Below, piece after piece: positions 1 to 8,075 of a stretch of DNA of 40,000 nt. The position numbers and the translations under genes are program-made. The DNA is taken from the sequence record OR496884.1; one strand, 5' to 3'. Each line of letters begins with the position of its first letter. Positions within the stretch are counted from its first letter, which is position 1. Source of the DNA: Aeromonas phage AerS_266. The notes under the pieces were generated by a model. It had not been told where the DNA came from. It saw only the letters and a program-made list of their open reading frames with translations, and made no database searches.

Positions 1-1115
1 TATTGAATATTGGTAAAGCGGAAATTCCAAACGGCAGGTAAATTGTTATACAGCTTTTCTGCCAATGCTTGATTTTTGATTCCAAGTCCGATTGCTTGAT
101 GTTTAAAGAAATCGTGATAAATTGGATTTTCATTTTCATCAAACATTCCAAACGAAAAGTATTCGCAAAGTGCAGTTTCATCTGTACCATTAACTGCTTG
201 AGCGATACGATAACTTTCCGGAATAGATTGATCTTCAGAACCTTTTCTGGTTTCTGAAAAACTAGAGAATTTAAAAGATTGGTCTTTTCTTTCTTCTCCT
301 GCCACCAAGCTGTTTAGTTCTTTACTTAAGTTTTTATCTTTAACCTTACTTGGAATAAAAGATAAACACAGTTTATTAAACAAACCCTTTGAAACAATGT
401 GATCAATGTACTTTGCATCCGATACTACACTTGCAGTATTCCGACTTCCTGCTTGTCTAGCGGCGCTGGCACGGATATAGGTATCCATGATTTTCCAACC
501 GGTCATATCAGGGATATAACCAATGTTGGGTATCATGTTACCTGCCACCGCATACTGATAATCTTTACCAGTAACCTCGTTGATTTGATCAAGAAGCTGG
601 TGTACGAGCGGATAAGAAACTTGCGCAGTAAACGCTAGCTTAACCAATTCCGCGTACTTAATATTATCAATGGTTGTTTCTTCTGGATAATCCCCCATTG
701 ACGCCATTTGCATTAGATCTTTAGGTGCAACACACCGACCTGTAACATCAGCTGCATAAGCGATGTCATTAGGAGAAATAATTGCGTACATCTCCTTAAT
801 GATTACTTGGAGCTGTTGAGTTAGGAATTCGTAATCAAGACTTTTAGCCCTGAGCTGGATTAGCTCTTCGGTTTCTTCTTCCTCAAAATAACCAGGTTCT
901 AAAATACGTTTACCTCGTTTAAACAGAGCAAACATTTTATCGATGTTACTTTGGTCAGAACCCTCAAAAAACTCATTGAGAAATTCAAAGAGCTCTTGGG
1001 TCGCATCACCACCATTGACCGTAGCAACACCCCTAAATTCTATTTTTTCATTTTTATGGGAAACAATGATGCTATCTATCCTTCGTTTTCCGCTCATTGT
1101 AATGTCGTAACGCAT
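1..1115 (-). CDS. Uncharacterised phage protein, partial (continues beyond window start); MRYDITMSGKRRIDSIIVSHKNEKIEF...
   Basis: Open minus-strand frame read by hand from ATG at 1115, with GGAGAG about 7 nt upstream; absent from ORF track because no stop falls in the window. Confidence 0.75.
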   Translation of the reverse strand, partial: MRYDITMSGKRRIDSIIVSHKNEKIEFRGVATVNGGDATQELFEFLNEFFEGSDQSNIDKMFALFKRGKRILEPGYFEEEETEELIQLRAKSLDYEFLTQQLQVIIKEMYAIISPNDIAYAADVTGRCVAPKDLMQMASMGDYPEETTIDNIKYAELVKLAFTAQVSYPLVHQLLDQINEVTGKDYQYAVAGNMIPNIGYIPDMTGWKIMDTYIRASAARQAGSRNTASVVSDAKYIDHIVSKGLFNKLCLSFIPSKVKDKNLSKELNSLVAGEERKDQSFKFSSFSETRKGSEDQSIPESYRIAQAVNGTDETALCEYFSFGMFDENENPIYHDFFKHQAIGLGIKNQALAEKLYNNLPAVWNFRFTNIQ

Positions 1116-1140
1116 TAGAGACTCTCCATTGTTGAACACG

Positions 1141-1165
1141 ATAATAATATCTGTTTAAAAACTTA
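1141..1165 (-). promoter_or_regulatory. Phage promoter-like motif (AAACAGATATTATTAT)
   Basis: Recurrent motif upstream of several minus-strand units; lies between terminator 1189-1210 and the CDS starting at 1115. Confidence 0.5.
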
Positions 1166-1188
1166 TAGAAGAACAAAAATAAAATAAT

Positions 1189-1210
1189 CCAGGAGACCTT
1201 AGTCTCCTGG
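1189..1210 (-). terminator. Rho-independent terminator
   Basis: CCAGGAGAC-taag-GTCTCCTGG then ATTATTTTATTTTT on minus strand. Confidence 0.85.
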
Positions 1211-1226
1211 ATGTTGTTATTAGATA

Positions 1227-1946
1227 TTAAAAATCGACGTCATCAAAATCACTGCTATTGGCTGGCGGTTGACTTCCACCAGAACGGTTTCCACCGTTAT
1301 TGTTGTTATTTCCGCCACCGTTATTGTTAGCGTCTTTCTTTTCACGAGGTTTGTAATTTTCAATCTCGTATTTGTCAAGAATTTTAGCCGAGAATTCAAT
1401 AAAGGCTTTACAGTAAACCCGAGACATTAGACCTTTGTCTTCTTGCGGTTCACCGTCTTTTTGAACAAGGATAATTGATTCAAATGGAGAATTGAAATGG
1501 AACATGACTTTATATGTTCCTTTACTGTAGCCAACAGAAATTTTACCTTCTGGATTTCGAACAACAGTAAAAATACCCAAAGTAGATGGATGATCATTCA
1601 GTCGACCACCATTACCAAATGTAACTTGTTTTACATGGTACTGGGCTTTTGTAAAATCTTTATTATCACAAGCTTCACGCATTAGATTAAACAATGAATT
1701 TCGATCCATTGCACTGAGAGCAACTTCTTTTAGTTTTGCATTACGGTCGTCTTTACCGTAAACACCATCGTTAACTTTAAAATAAATTTTACCATCAAGA
1801 CCGAGTTCGTAAGTCCAACGAGCCGGATACTTGGCACCCTCAACTGGTTGCTCGGACATGGGCATCGGATAACGGTAGTCGTTTAGCATGGAACCAGGAC
1901 GACGTTGAAATTCTCGGTTGGTATTGTTGTTGTAGCTGCTGGACAT
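1227..1946 (-). CDS. Single-stranded DNA-binding protein-like
   Basis: OB-fold-sized N-terminal region, low-complexity Asn/Gly linker and acidic tip ...SSDFDDVDF resembling SSB C-termini. Confidence 0.6.
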   Translation of the reverse strand: MSSSYNNNTNREFQRRPGSMLNDYRYPMPMSEQPVEGAKYPARWTYELGLDGKIYFKVNDGVYGKDDRNAKLKEVALSAMDRNSLFNLMREACDNKDFTKAQYHVKQVTFGNGGRLNDHPSTLGIFTVVRNPEGKISVGYSKGTYKVMFHFNSPFESIILVQKDGEPQEDKGLMSRVYCKAFIEFSAKILDKYEIENYKPREKKDANNNGGGNNNNNGGNRSGGSQPPANSSDFDDVDF

Positions 1947-1958
1947 GGTACTGATTCC

Positions 1959-2774
1959 TTATATCATCTTTAATAGGATTGGTTTAGCAGGATTAGTGCT
2001 AGGAAGTTTATTGATTGAGTTTCTTACAAAACTAACTGTTGAACCTGTGCTCCAAGGAACACTGTTTGCAAGTTGTTTAATTTCATTCTTAATAGCAGCT
2101 GATTGTGCATAAAAATGGTTAGCCCTATCCCCAAACACTTGAATCGTTAATTTGTTTAAAGGGATATTTGGATGTTCACTTGCACCAGTTAGTTTTGTAC
2201 TAAATAATGGAAAGTTTTTAATTGTTCCCGTATGGGATTCCAATAAATGCAATCTGGCGTAACTTTCTGTTGTAACAAGATCAACAGGTAGATGGGTTAA
2301 TATTAATCCGTCACCGCCAAATTGAGGAATGGAACAATCAACTTGATTTATGTATTTGTCAAACTCCTTTAAAATTCGTTTTATTACACTGTTATCTAAT
2401 AATACTTGCTCTTTTCTATTTTGCTCTTTTGGATTAACTAGCTTTTCAGGATTCATTTCCTTTAACTTTGCAAAAGGAAAAAGTCTAGAAAGAGATTGAT
2501 AACTTGGGTAATAAAACTTTAGATCTAATATTGTTTTTAATTTTAAAGAATTAATATGCTCAGCTATTCCGACCATATCTTCTTTAACGGATTCAAAAAG
2601 TAAATCTTCACCTGGAGTCTCCTCAAAGCTCTCTCTTGCATTTCTAACAATAGTCCTTATGTTGATGAGGAAAGATTGGAAGCGATGCATAGGAGTGTTC
2701 TGAAAGACTTCTATGGCTAATGCAGTACCGACACTAATCGGTACCGTCCCCAGAGTTCTAATTGGACTAGTCAT
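1959..2774 (-). CDS. Uncharacterised phage protein
   Basis: 271-aa ORF co-oriented with and tightly packed against neighbours. Confidence 0.75.
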   Translation of the reverse strand: MTSPIRTLGTVPISVGTALAIEVFQNTPMHRFQSFLINIRTIVRNARESFEETPGEDLLFESVKEDMVGIAEHINSLKLKTILDLKFYYPSYQSLSRLFPFAKLKEMNPEKLVNPKEQNRKEQVLLDNSVIKRILKEFDKYINQVDCSIPQFGGDGLILTHLPVDLVTTESYARLHLLESHTGTIKNFPLFSTKLTGASEHPNIPLNKLTIQVFGDRANHFYAQSAAIKNEIKQLANSVPWSTGSTVSFVRNSINKLPSTNPAKPILLKMI

Positions 2775-3939
2775 TCATTGCCTCATCCAATAATTCATCT
2801 AAAAGTTCTTTATCATATTGTTCAAATAAGTTTACGCTATCACCAAGTTGGTTTTTGATAAACCGATAAAGATTGTCTTTTAAATTTTCTTTTGTTAATT
2901 GGACACCAGCGTATTCTTCTGGATCATAAAGTGTTTCGTCAATATTGACGTTTTCTTTCTTTACGTTATCCGATTCAAATACATAATCTGGAAATTGTTC
3001 TTTATATTCATTTAACAAAGGAACAACAACACTACCTTCACCATTTCTAACTTTAATATGTGTTCGAACAGGAGGTTTCTTCTCAAGGTATTTATTGAGA
3101 ATCTTTATCAGTTCTTTTGTTGTTGTTTCTGGTGTAACATCGATGTAATCATAAATTTGAGCATCTTTGTTATCCCAGAACTCTGCAAAAAACTTTTCTT
3201 TGTTAAAACTGAAACGATAAGCACCTTTTGGATGCATTTCTCCATAAGCCGTTCTATTGAACGATCCAGAACAATGTATATTAAGTTTACGTGCTGGTTT
3301 ATGAATATGACCTGAAAAGATAGCGTGCTTTGCTAACTTAGACCATTTTAATTCATCGTATAATGTTCCGTGTTTGTCGGCTATAGGTGGGAGTTGAAAC
3401 TTAAACCCACCGTGGAGAAATATAAAATCTACTTGTGTTAAATTGTGTTTAGCTAGCTCTTCCAAAGCGAGTTCATAGATAGTTTCAGTATTAACTTTAC
3501 CAAAATTATCAGGAACATAAAGTACATTAATATCCAGATCAGGGAAGTATTCAATACAAAGTGTATTAATGTATTTTACATAAGGAGAACCTTTTGGTTT
3601 ACTGATTTCCAATAACTCAGGTTGCCCCCAATCGTGGGAAGACGTTCCTTCTAAATATCTAGCGTATGTTTTATTTTCATGACAGATATGGTTGTATTTT
3701 TTAAACCATCTTTGAACCAAAATCATGTTTGGATCATTAGCTGATGCTAAGTCATGAAAAACATCACCGCCAAAAACAGATAACTTTATTTCTTTTGGGT
3801 TATTGTCTTTGTAATAAAATTTGTCCATACAACTTAATGTATGGCGAGTAGGTGTATGCGGATGGAGGGTGTGATGATCCGAACTCCAAAGTGCTTTAAT
3901 CATTGACATGAATATATCTCCGCCATCCGCAGTTAGCAA
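2767..3939 (-). CDS. Calcineurin-like metallophosphoesterase, SbcD/Mre11-like
   Basis: Ordered motifs WSSDHH, GGDVFHD, GTSSHDW, FLHGGF, FSGHIHKP. Confidence 0.75.
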   Translation of the reverse strand: MLTADGGDIFMSMIKALWSSDHHTLHPHTPTRHTLSCMDKFYYKDNNPKEIKLSVFGGDVFHDLASANDPNMILVQRWFKKYNHICHENKTYARYLEGTSSHDWGQPELLEISKPKGSPYVKYINTLCIEYFPDLDINVLYVPDNFGKVNTETIYELALEELAKHNLTQVDFIFLHGGFKFQLPPIADKHGTLYDELKWSKLAKHAIFSGHIHKPARKLNIHCSGSFNRTAYGEMHPKGAYRFSFNKEKFFAEFWDNKDAQIYDYIDVTPETTTKELIKILNKYLEKKPPVRTHIKVRNGEGSVVVPLLNEYKEQFPDYVFESDNVKKENVNIDETLYDPEEYAGVQLTKENLKDNLYRFIKNQLGDSVNLFEQYDKELLDELLDEAMND

Positions 3940-3941
3940 TA

Positions 3942-4766
3942 TTAATCTTCAAATGGATTAATAGTCGCAGTTACTTTTTCTTCGGTGGATGGTGTTTGTT
4001 GCGGTTCTAACAAATTACCTGTCCAGTCAAAATTAAATTGGTGATCGGTAATCTCTAAAACAAATGCTTTATCACTATTGGTTACTGTATTTTCAGTATT
4101 CCAAGTAAAGAGGATCTTCTCTACTTTTTTGATAATGTCACCATCAGGATCGATAGGTTGATTTGCGAATTTAAAGTTATCGCGAATATAAATAACTTGT
4201 TGCAGTGTTTTAGGATCAACGTTGTGTTTACGATAATACCATAGAGGGATCATTCCGGTAATGGTGTTATCCGTCTCGTCATTTTCGGTGATTGATTTAA
4301 CCTGAAGTGCAAATTGTTTTACCAATTCATCACGTTCTTGTTCTTGAGCATGGTTAGCGTGGGACGCATAGGACCCACAGAAGTTTAGCTGTTCGGTCCC
4401 TTGCTGAGAAAGTCCCATGTCAGTGAATTTGCGAATCAACAAAACAGGTTCTTTTTGTTCATTGATTACAATAACACCTTTGGTAAAACCGTCGGTCAGA
4501 ACACTCCATTCTTCCATATTGAAGTAGTTTTTGTCACCAACCTGATGGATAGCGAATTGGACCAACCAGTTATTAACAAAATAATCTTCTTCCATGAGAA
4601 CATGTTCAACAAACAAACCATCTGGTGTTTGAATAACGCGTTGTCCGCCAACAGTGGCGTATTTAAATGATCCTGTCAAAAACTCGATCAATTTACCATG
4701 ATCCATTTGATCGATATTTTCCAACCCTTCTTGGTGCAGCGGTTCGACAATAATTTTCTCAGACAT
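3942..4766 (-). CDS. Uncharacterised phage protein
   Basis: 274-aa ORF in tight minus-strand operon. Confidence 0.75.
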   Translation of the reverse strand: MSEKIIVEPLHQEGLENIDQMDHGKLIEFLTGSFKYATVGGQRVIQTPDGLFVEHVLMEEDYFVNNWLVQFAIHQVGDKNYFNMEEWSVLTDGFTKGVIVINEQKEPVLLIRKFTDMGLSQQGTEQLNFCGSYASHANHAQEQERDELVKQFALQVKSITENDETDNTITGMIPLWYYRKHNVDPKTLQQVIYIRDNFKFANQPIDPDGDIIKKVEKILFTWNTENTVTNSDKAFVLEITDHQFNFDWTGNLLEPQQTPSTEEKVTATINPFED

Positions 4767-5163
4767 TACTTCTTCCTTCTCTTATTTTTTCAAAAGTCTT
4801 TCCATTCAATATTACTGAATGCGAAAGATCGTAATAAGTGTCTTTTTCTAATACCCGCCCACTAATAGCAAGTGTGAACATTTTCTTTCCCACTTCATAA
4901 CCAGGTGCACGAGCTTTAACTTCTGCTGCGTCAAAACACTCTAATAAAAAACTTTGTAGGTTACTCTGGATCTCTTGCAGAAACCCATCTATTTGTTTGT
5001 CATCTTGATGTTTAGCAACAACATATTGAAAACTTTGGATATTTCTAAAAATAATAGATTGATCTTTGCGGTTAGCAAACCAGTACGCTATTAACCTATC
5101 TATTTTTACAACAGGTTCATCAACCCATCCTAGCGTATCCATTGTTCCGACTATTCCAGCCAT
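4759..5163 (-). CDS. Uncharacterised protein with short hydrophobic N-terminus (MAGIVGTMDTLGW...)
   Basis: Tracked ORF starts at 5211, but that start lies inside a terminator hairpin; ATG at 5163 has GGAG-TTGTT-ATG. Confidence 0.65.
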   Translation of the reverse strand: MAGIVGTMDTLGWVDEPVVKIDRLIAYWFANRKDQSIIFRNIQSFQYVVAKHQDDKQIDGFLQEIQSNLQSFLLECFDAAEVKARAPGYEVGKKMFTLAISGRVLEKDTYYDLSHSVILNGKTFEKIREGRSNV

Positions 5164-5199
5164 AACAACTCCAAAAAAAAAATAAATAAGTGAAATAAT

Positions 5200-5223
5200 C
5201 ACCTGACCCATTTGGGTCAGGTG
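5200..5223 (-). terminator. Rho-independent terminator
   Basis: CACCTGACCC-aaat-GGGTCAGGTG followed on minus strand by ATTATTTCACTTATTTATTTTTTTTTT. Confidence 0.8.
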
Positions 5224-5229
5224 TTTATT

Positions 5230-5367
5230 TTACGCTTCGTTAAAACGAGCCATAGGACGACGTTGTTTTTGCTTTTTGTTTTGTTTCCACTCTTTGTAGT
5301 AATGGAAAGCCAAAGAACCAAAAACAACCAGACCAATAGAACCAAAGAAAACGTTAGCAATTGTCAT
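5230..5367 (-). CDS. Small single-pass membrane protein, 45 aa (MTIANVFFGSIGLVVFGSLAFHYYKEWKQNKKQKQRRPMARFNEA)
   Basis: Read by hand; hydrophobic segment then basic tail; fills the gap between neighbours; not in ORF track. Confidence 0.6.
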   Translation of the reverse strand: MTIANVFFGSIGLVVFGSLAFHYYKEWKQNKKQKQRRPMARFNEA

Positions 5368-5378
5368 GTTATTTCCTT

Positions 5379-5855
5379 TTATTTAATTTTAAAAACATTA
5401 CTGATACGCTCAAAATCCATCAGGATGTCTTTTAAAGATTCAGCGGATGGACACAGAAACGGGTCCAGACCATACGAAAAAACTTCTAGCAACTTGATAT
5501 CAAGCCAGGGAATGAGCTGATCAATTGTGGTGTATGGTGGTTCGATGTGTCTTAAACATTTCCCACTATCGTATAACACCCAGGCTACTGCGAGAACATC
5601 AGCTATTCCAATAATAACTTTTTTGCGGTCCTTATGACCTTGAGCAAAGTTTTTTGAATCAAGAACATTACAAAAATAGATCATTACCGCGGAACTATAA
5701 ACATCTAACTTCCGAGAGCGTTTTGCAACCAATTGATGACGCTGAGCCATTGCCAGTTCATCAGTCATGTTTAACTTAACCAGGGCGTTATTTCCGGTAA
5801 TTACCGCTAGATTTTCAAAGAAAACAGCACCCGGGGTTTTATCAACGTTGGTCAT
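5379..5855 (-). CDS. Uncharacterised phage protein
   Basis: 158-aa ORF with promoter-like motif upstream. Confidence 0.75.
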   Translation of the reverse strand: MTNVDKTPGAVFFENLAVITGNNALVKLNMTDELAMAQRHQLVAKRSRKLDVYSSAVMIYFCNVLDSKNFAQGHKDRKKVIIGIADVLAVAWVLYDSGKCLRHIEPPYTTIDQLIPWLDIKLLEVFSYGLDPFLCPSAESLKDILMDFERISNVFKIK

Positions 5856-5893
5856 TTCTCTCTCCTTACTAAATTGGTTAGAACATTGTTGTT

Positions 5894-5920
5894 CTTTACA
5901 CTTTAGTAATATAGGTTTGA
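5894..5920 (-). promoter_or_regulatory. Phage promoter-like motif (TCAAACCTATATTACTAAAGTGTAAAG)
   Basis: Nearly identical to the element at 11961-11987 upstream of the shell-protein candidate. Confidence 0.6.
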
Positions 5921-5933
5921 AATGTAATGGGTA

Positions 5934-6413
5934 TTAAACCTTACATTTATTCCATGTCTCTCGACATAGTTTAATTGTTTTAGGGAACAGATCTTTTTCC
6001 CACATCTTATTAAGAATCCGATAACCTATTTCGGTTGATGATCCGTAGTTAAGAGAAATGTGTAATTTTAATTCTGGGAAACTGTGTTCAAATCCAAGCT
6101 CTTGAAGTTCTTTAAAACGTCGCTGTATCGCATCAGATTCAAGAACTAATGCCAATGCGTAGTAATTCCCATTTGGATTACCCATTTTCTCAAAACCGAT
6201 TACATTGGCAGTATAGACGGTATTATTAATTCCAGGATCAATCTCAGGATCACGTTTGTCATACATCAATGTCGCATGTATTTCATTTCCTGAAAGATTA
6301 ACCATTTCCCATTTTTCTTCTTCCGGGAATTCATTAAGGAATTTGCTAACAGCAACATAAATATCAGAAATTGATTTAACGTCAACACACAGTGACGAGT
6401 ACCCCATTCCCAT
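5934..6413 (-). CDS. 2H phosphoesterase-fold protein, candidate Acb1-like anti-CBASS nuclease
   Basis: 159 aa with two HxT/S motifs, H46-A-T48 (GNEIHATLMY) and H118-I-S120 (FPELKLHISLNY). Confidence 0.6.
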   Translation of the reverse strand: MGMGYSSLCVDVKSISDIYVAVSKFLNEFPEEEKWEMVNLSGNEIHATLMYDKRDPEIDPGINNTVYTANVIGFEKMGNPNGNYYALALVLESDAIQRRFKELQELGFEHSFPELKLHISLNYGSSTEIGYRILNKMWEKDLFPKTIKLCRETWNKCKV

Positions 6414-6745
6414 TATGCTTTCTCCGTATCGTATACGTTTCTTTCTTTGCGGTCTTCTATTCTAGTGTTTAATGCAAAGAGTGCTGACTTCAAACCATCC
6501 AAAGCAATATCATTGTGCTGACATTTAAATTGGTTTTGATTGAATTTATCTAATCGATAAATACACATCGCAATGACAGCTTCCAATGTAACGCCGTTGA
6601 CACCAATTACCGGAGAACCATTTTGAAAACATATTTTACCCAATTCATTTTGTTGATTATCTAAAGCAACAAAATCGTTAATTGTCCCAGAGCGAATAAT
6701 TGTACATATATCATCAGTGTGGATAATTTCAGTTGTCAATTCCAT
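6413..6745 (-). CDS. Small phage protein, possible Acb2/Tad1 hairpin-domain-like
   Basis: 110 aa; NGVTLEAVIAMCIYRLDKFNQNQFKCQHNDIALDGLKSALFALNTRIEDRKERNV resembles a widespread phage family; start moved from 6793 because that TTG lies in a terminator. Confidence 0.5.
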   Translation of the reverse strand: MELTTEIIHTDDICTIIRSGTINDFVALDNQQNELGKICFQNGSPVIGVNGVTLEAVIAMCIYRLDKFNQNQFKCQHNDIALDGLKSALFALNTRIEDRKERNVYDTEKA

Positions 6746-6778
6746 TTTAAAATCCAAATAAAAAATAGTTGTAAGTAA

Positions 6779-6807
6779 AGAGGTAACTACCAATGGTAGT
6801 TACCTCT
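6779..6807 (-). terminator. Rho-independent terminator
   Basis: AGAGGTAACTACC-att-GGTAGTTACCTCT then TTACTTACAACTATTTTTTATTT on minus strand. Confidence 0.8.
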
Positions 6808-6812
6808 CGCTA

Positions 6813-7487
6813 TTAATCCCCGCTTTCAGCTTCTTCTAATGCTTTTCTTCGTTGTTCCAATACTTCTAGAGCTTCCTCGTTGTTTAGACGATTTTCACCC
6901 ATGATGTTAGTTGGATCAAACAGTTCATTTGCAAGATGCAAATTAGAAGCTTGCCACGTTCTAAAAATATCAATCCTTTCTTTAACAGAAAGTCTAACAA
7001 AGTCATCACGATTAGTTAGGTATTGTGTCCGTTCAATAATCCCGTCATCGTTCAGACGATTAAGTCCATCTACTGCTTTGTTATAAAAATAGTTATCACG
7101 ACCAAGTCCAGTACAGTAACTAGAAAACTCGTCATCATAACCACTAATATGACCGGTCTCATAAAGTCCCATCATCATGGGGTTGGCCATAATGTAGTTT
7201 CTCATGAACCCAACAGCTTGTTGTTGATATTTCAGATCACTGAGATACCCGATTTCAAAACGACCTACGTAGTAGCCGTCTTTACCAACTCGGTTAGAAA
7301 ATTCCCACATACGAGAGTTCATGAATTTCTCGTGAGACTTCTTAACACTATCAATAGCACCTGATAGCCAACCTGTCAGATTACTAAACTGGTTATAAAT
7401 TCCCCCCATGTAACTATTGTAAGAAGCGGCAGCGTTTTCTGACATAGCGCCACCACAACCATACATAAAAGCGCTGGTTGCATTCAC
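6813..7487 (-). CDS. Uncharacterised phage protein
   Basis: 224-aa ORF immediately downstream of the last RNAP exon. Confidence 0.75.
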   Translation of the reverse strand: MNATSAFMYGCGGAMSENAAASYNSYMGGIYNQFSNLTGWLSGAIDSVKKSHEKFMNSRMWEFSNRVGKDGYYVGRFEIGYLSDLKYQQQAVGFMRNYIMANPMMMGLYETGHISGYDDEFSSYCTGLGRDNYFYNKAVDGLNRLNDDGIIERTQYLTNRDDFVRLSVKERIDIFRTWQASNLHLANELFDPTNIMGENRLNNEEALEVLEQRRKALEEAESGD

Positions 7488-7490
7488 TTA

Positions 7491-7676
7491 CTAATCCTCT
7501 TGTATGGGTTCATCCAATAACAATGCGTTGTAATTCAATAAATTTGTTTTTGTTGCTGTTGCAAAACGACTTGTCTTAAACAGGCGGTTTGGATCCAACA
7601 TTTGATGATGGCCAAAAGAACTATACGCCTGAATTCGACTAATCAGATCTGGCAACATAATGCAATACATTTGGTC
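7491..7676 (-). CDS. Phage RNA polymerase beta'-like subunit, exon 3 (DQMYCIMLPDLISRIQAYSSFGHHQMLDPNRLFKTSRFATATKTNLLNYNALLLDEPIQED*)
   Basis: Open in frame after intron removal; DQM completes ADFDGDQM; 62 codons including stop. Confidence 0.85.
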   Translation of the reverse strand, partial: DQMYCIMLPDLISRIQAYSSFGHHQMLDPNRLFKTSRFATATKTNLLNYNALLLDEPIQED

Positions 7677-8048
7677 CTAACACATTGTAACGCTTCACAG
7701 CGGCTTTAGTTGTTCGCTAAACAACATTCCGATACTTTCATACCGGTTGAGATCATATCTTCAAAACTACATCCTTGTAGTTTGCCTACCGTTAACCCAA
7801 GCTTTTGGGTACATGATCGTTGAACACATCGTAGATTTATATCTAGGACTTCGTTGCTGATTGCCCATTATAATTTCTAACCCTTAGCACCCAATCTTCC
7901 AAGACTAGGTTATTAAGCATAGGTCATTTCTTTGTTTCTTTCTACCTTTCGGTAACATTCACGCTCACCCTCTCAGGTCACGTTGTAGTACAAAGAACTT
8001 TAGGGGTTTCCAGCAGTTAGATAGGTTTAACGACGGCAACCAAATTTT
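7677..8048 (-). other. Group IA self-splicing intron 2 (372 nt, no endonuclease ORF)
   Basis: P1 GACGGU|...GCCGUC; P3 CCUAUC/GGUAGG; P4 CUGCUG with Q CAAUCAGCAACGAAG; P7 GAUCAU/AUGAUC (R GUUCAACGAUCAUG, S GAAGAUAUGAUCUC); P7.1 ACCCAA/UUGGGU; P8 AAACUAC/GUAGUUU; P9 hairpin; P10 ACCAAAU/AUUUGGU; terminal G. Confidence 0.92.
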
Positions 8049-8075
8049 ACCGTCAAAGTCTGCCATATACATTGT
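8049..8075 (-). CDS. Phage RNA polymerase beta'-like subunit, 27-nt micro-exon 2 (TMYMADFDG)
   Basis: Encodes ADFDG between two group I introns; keeps frame with exons 1 and 3. The 5' boundary is less certain than the 3' boundary. Confidence 0.82.
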
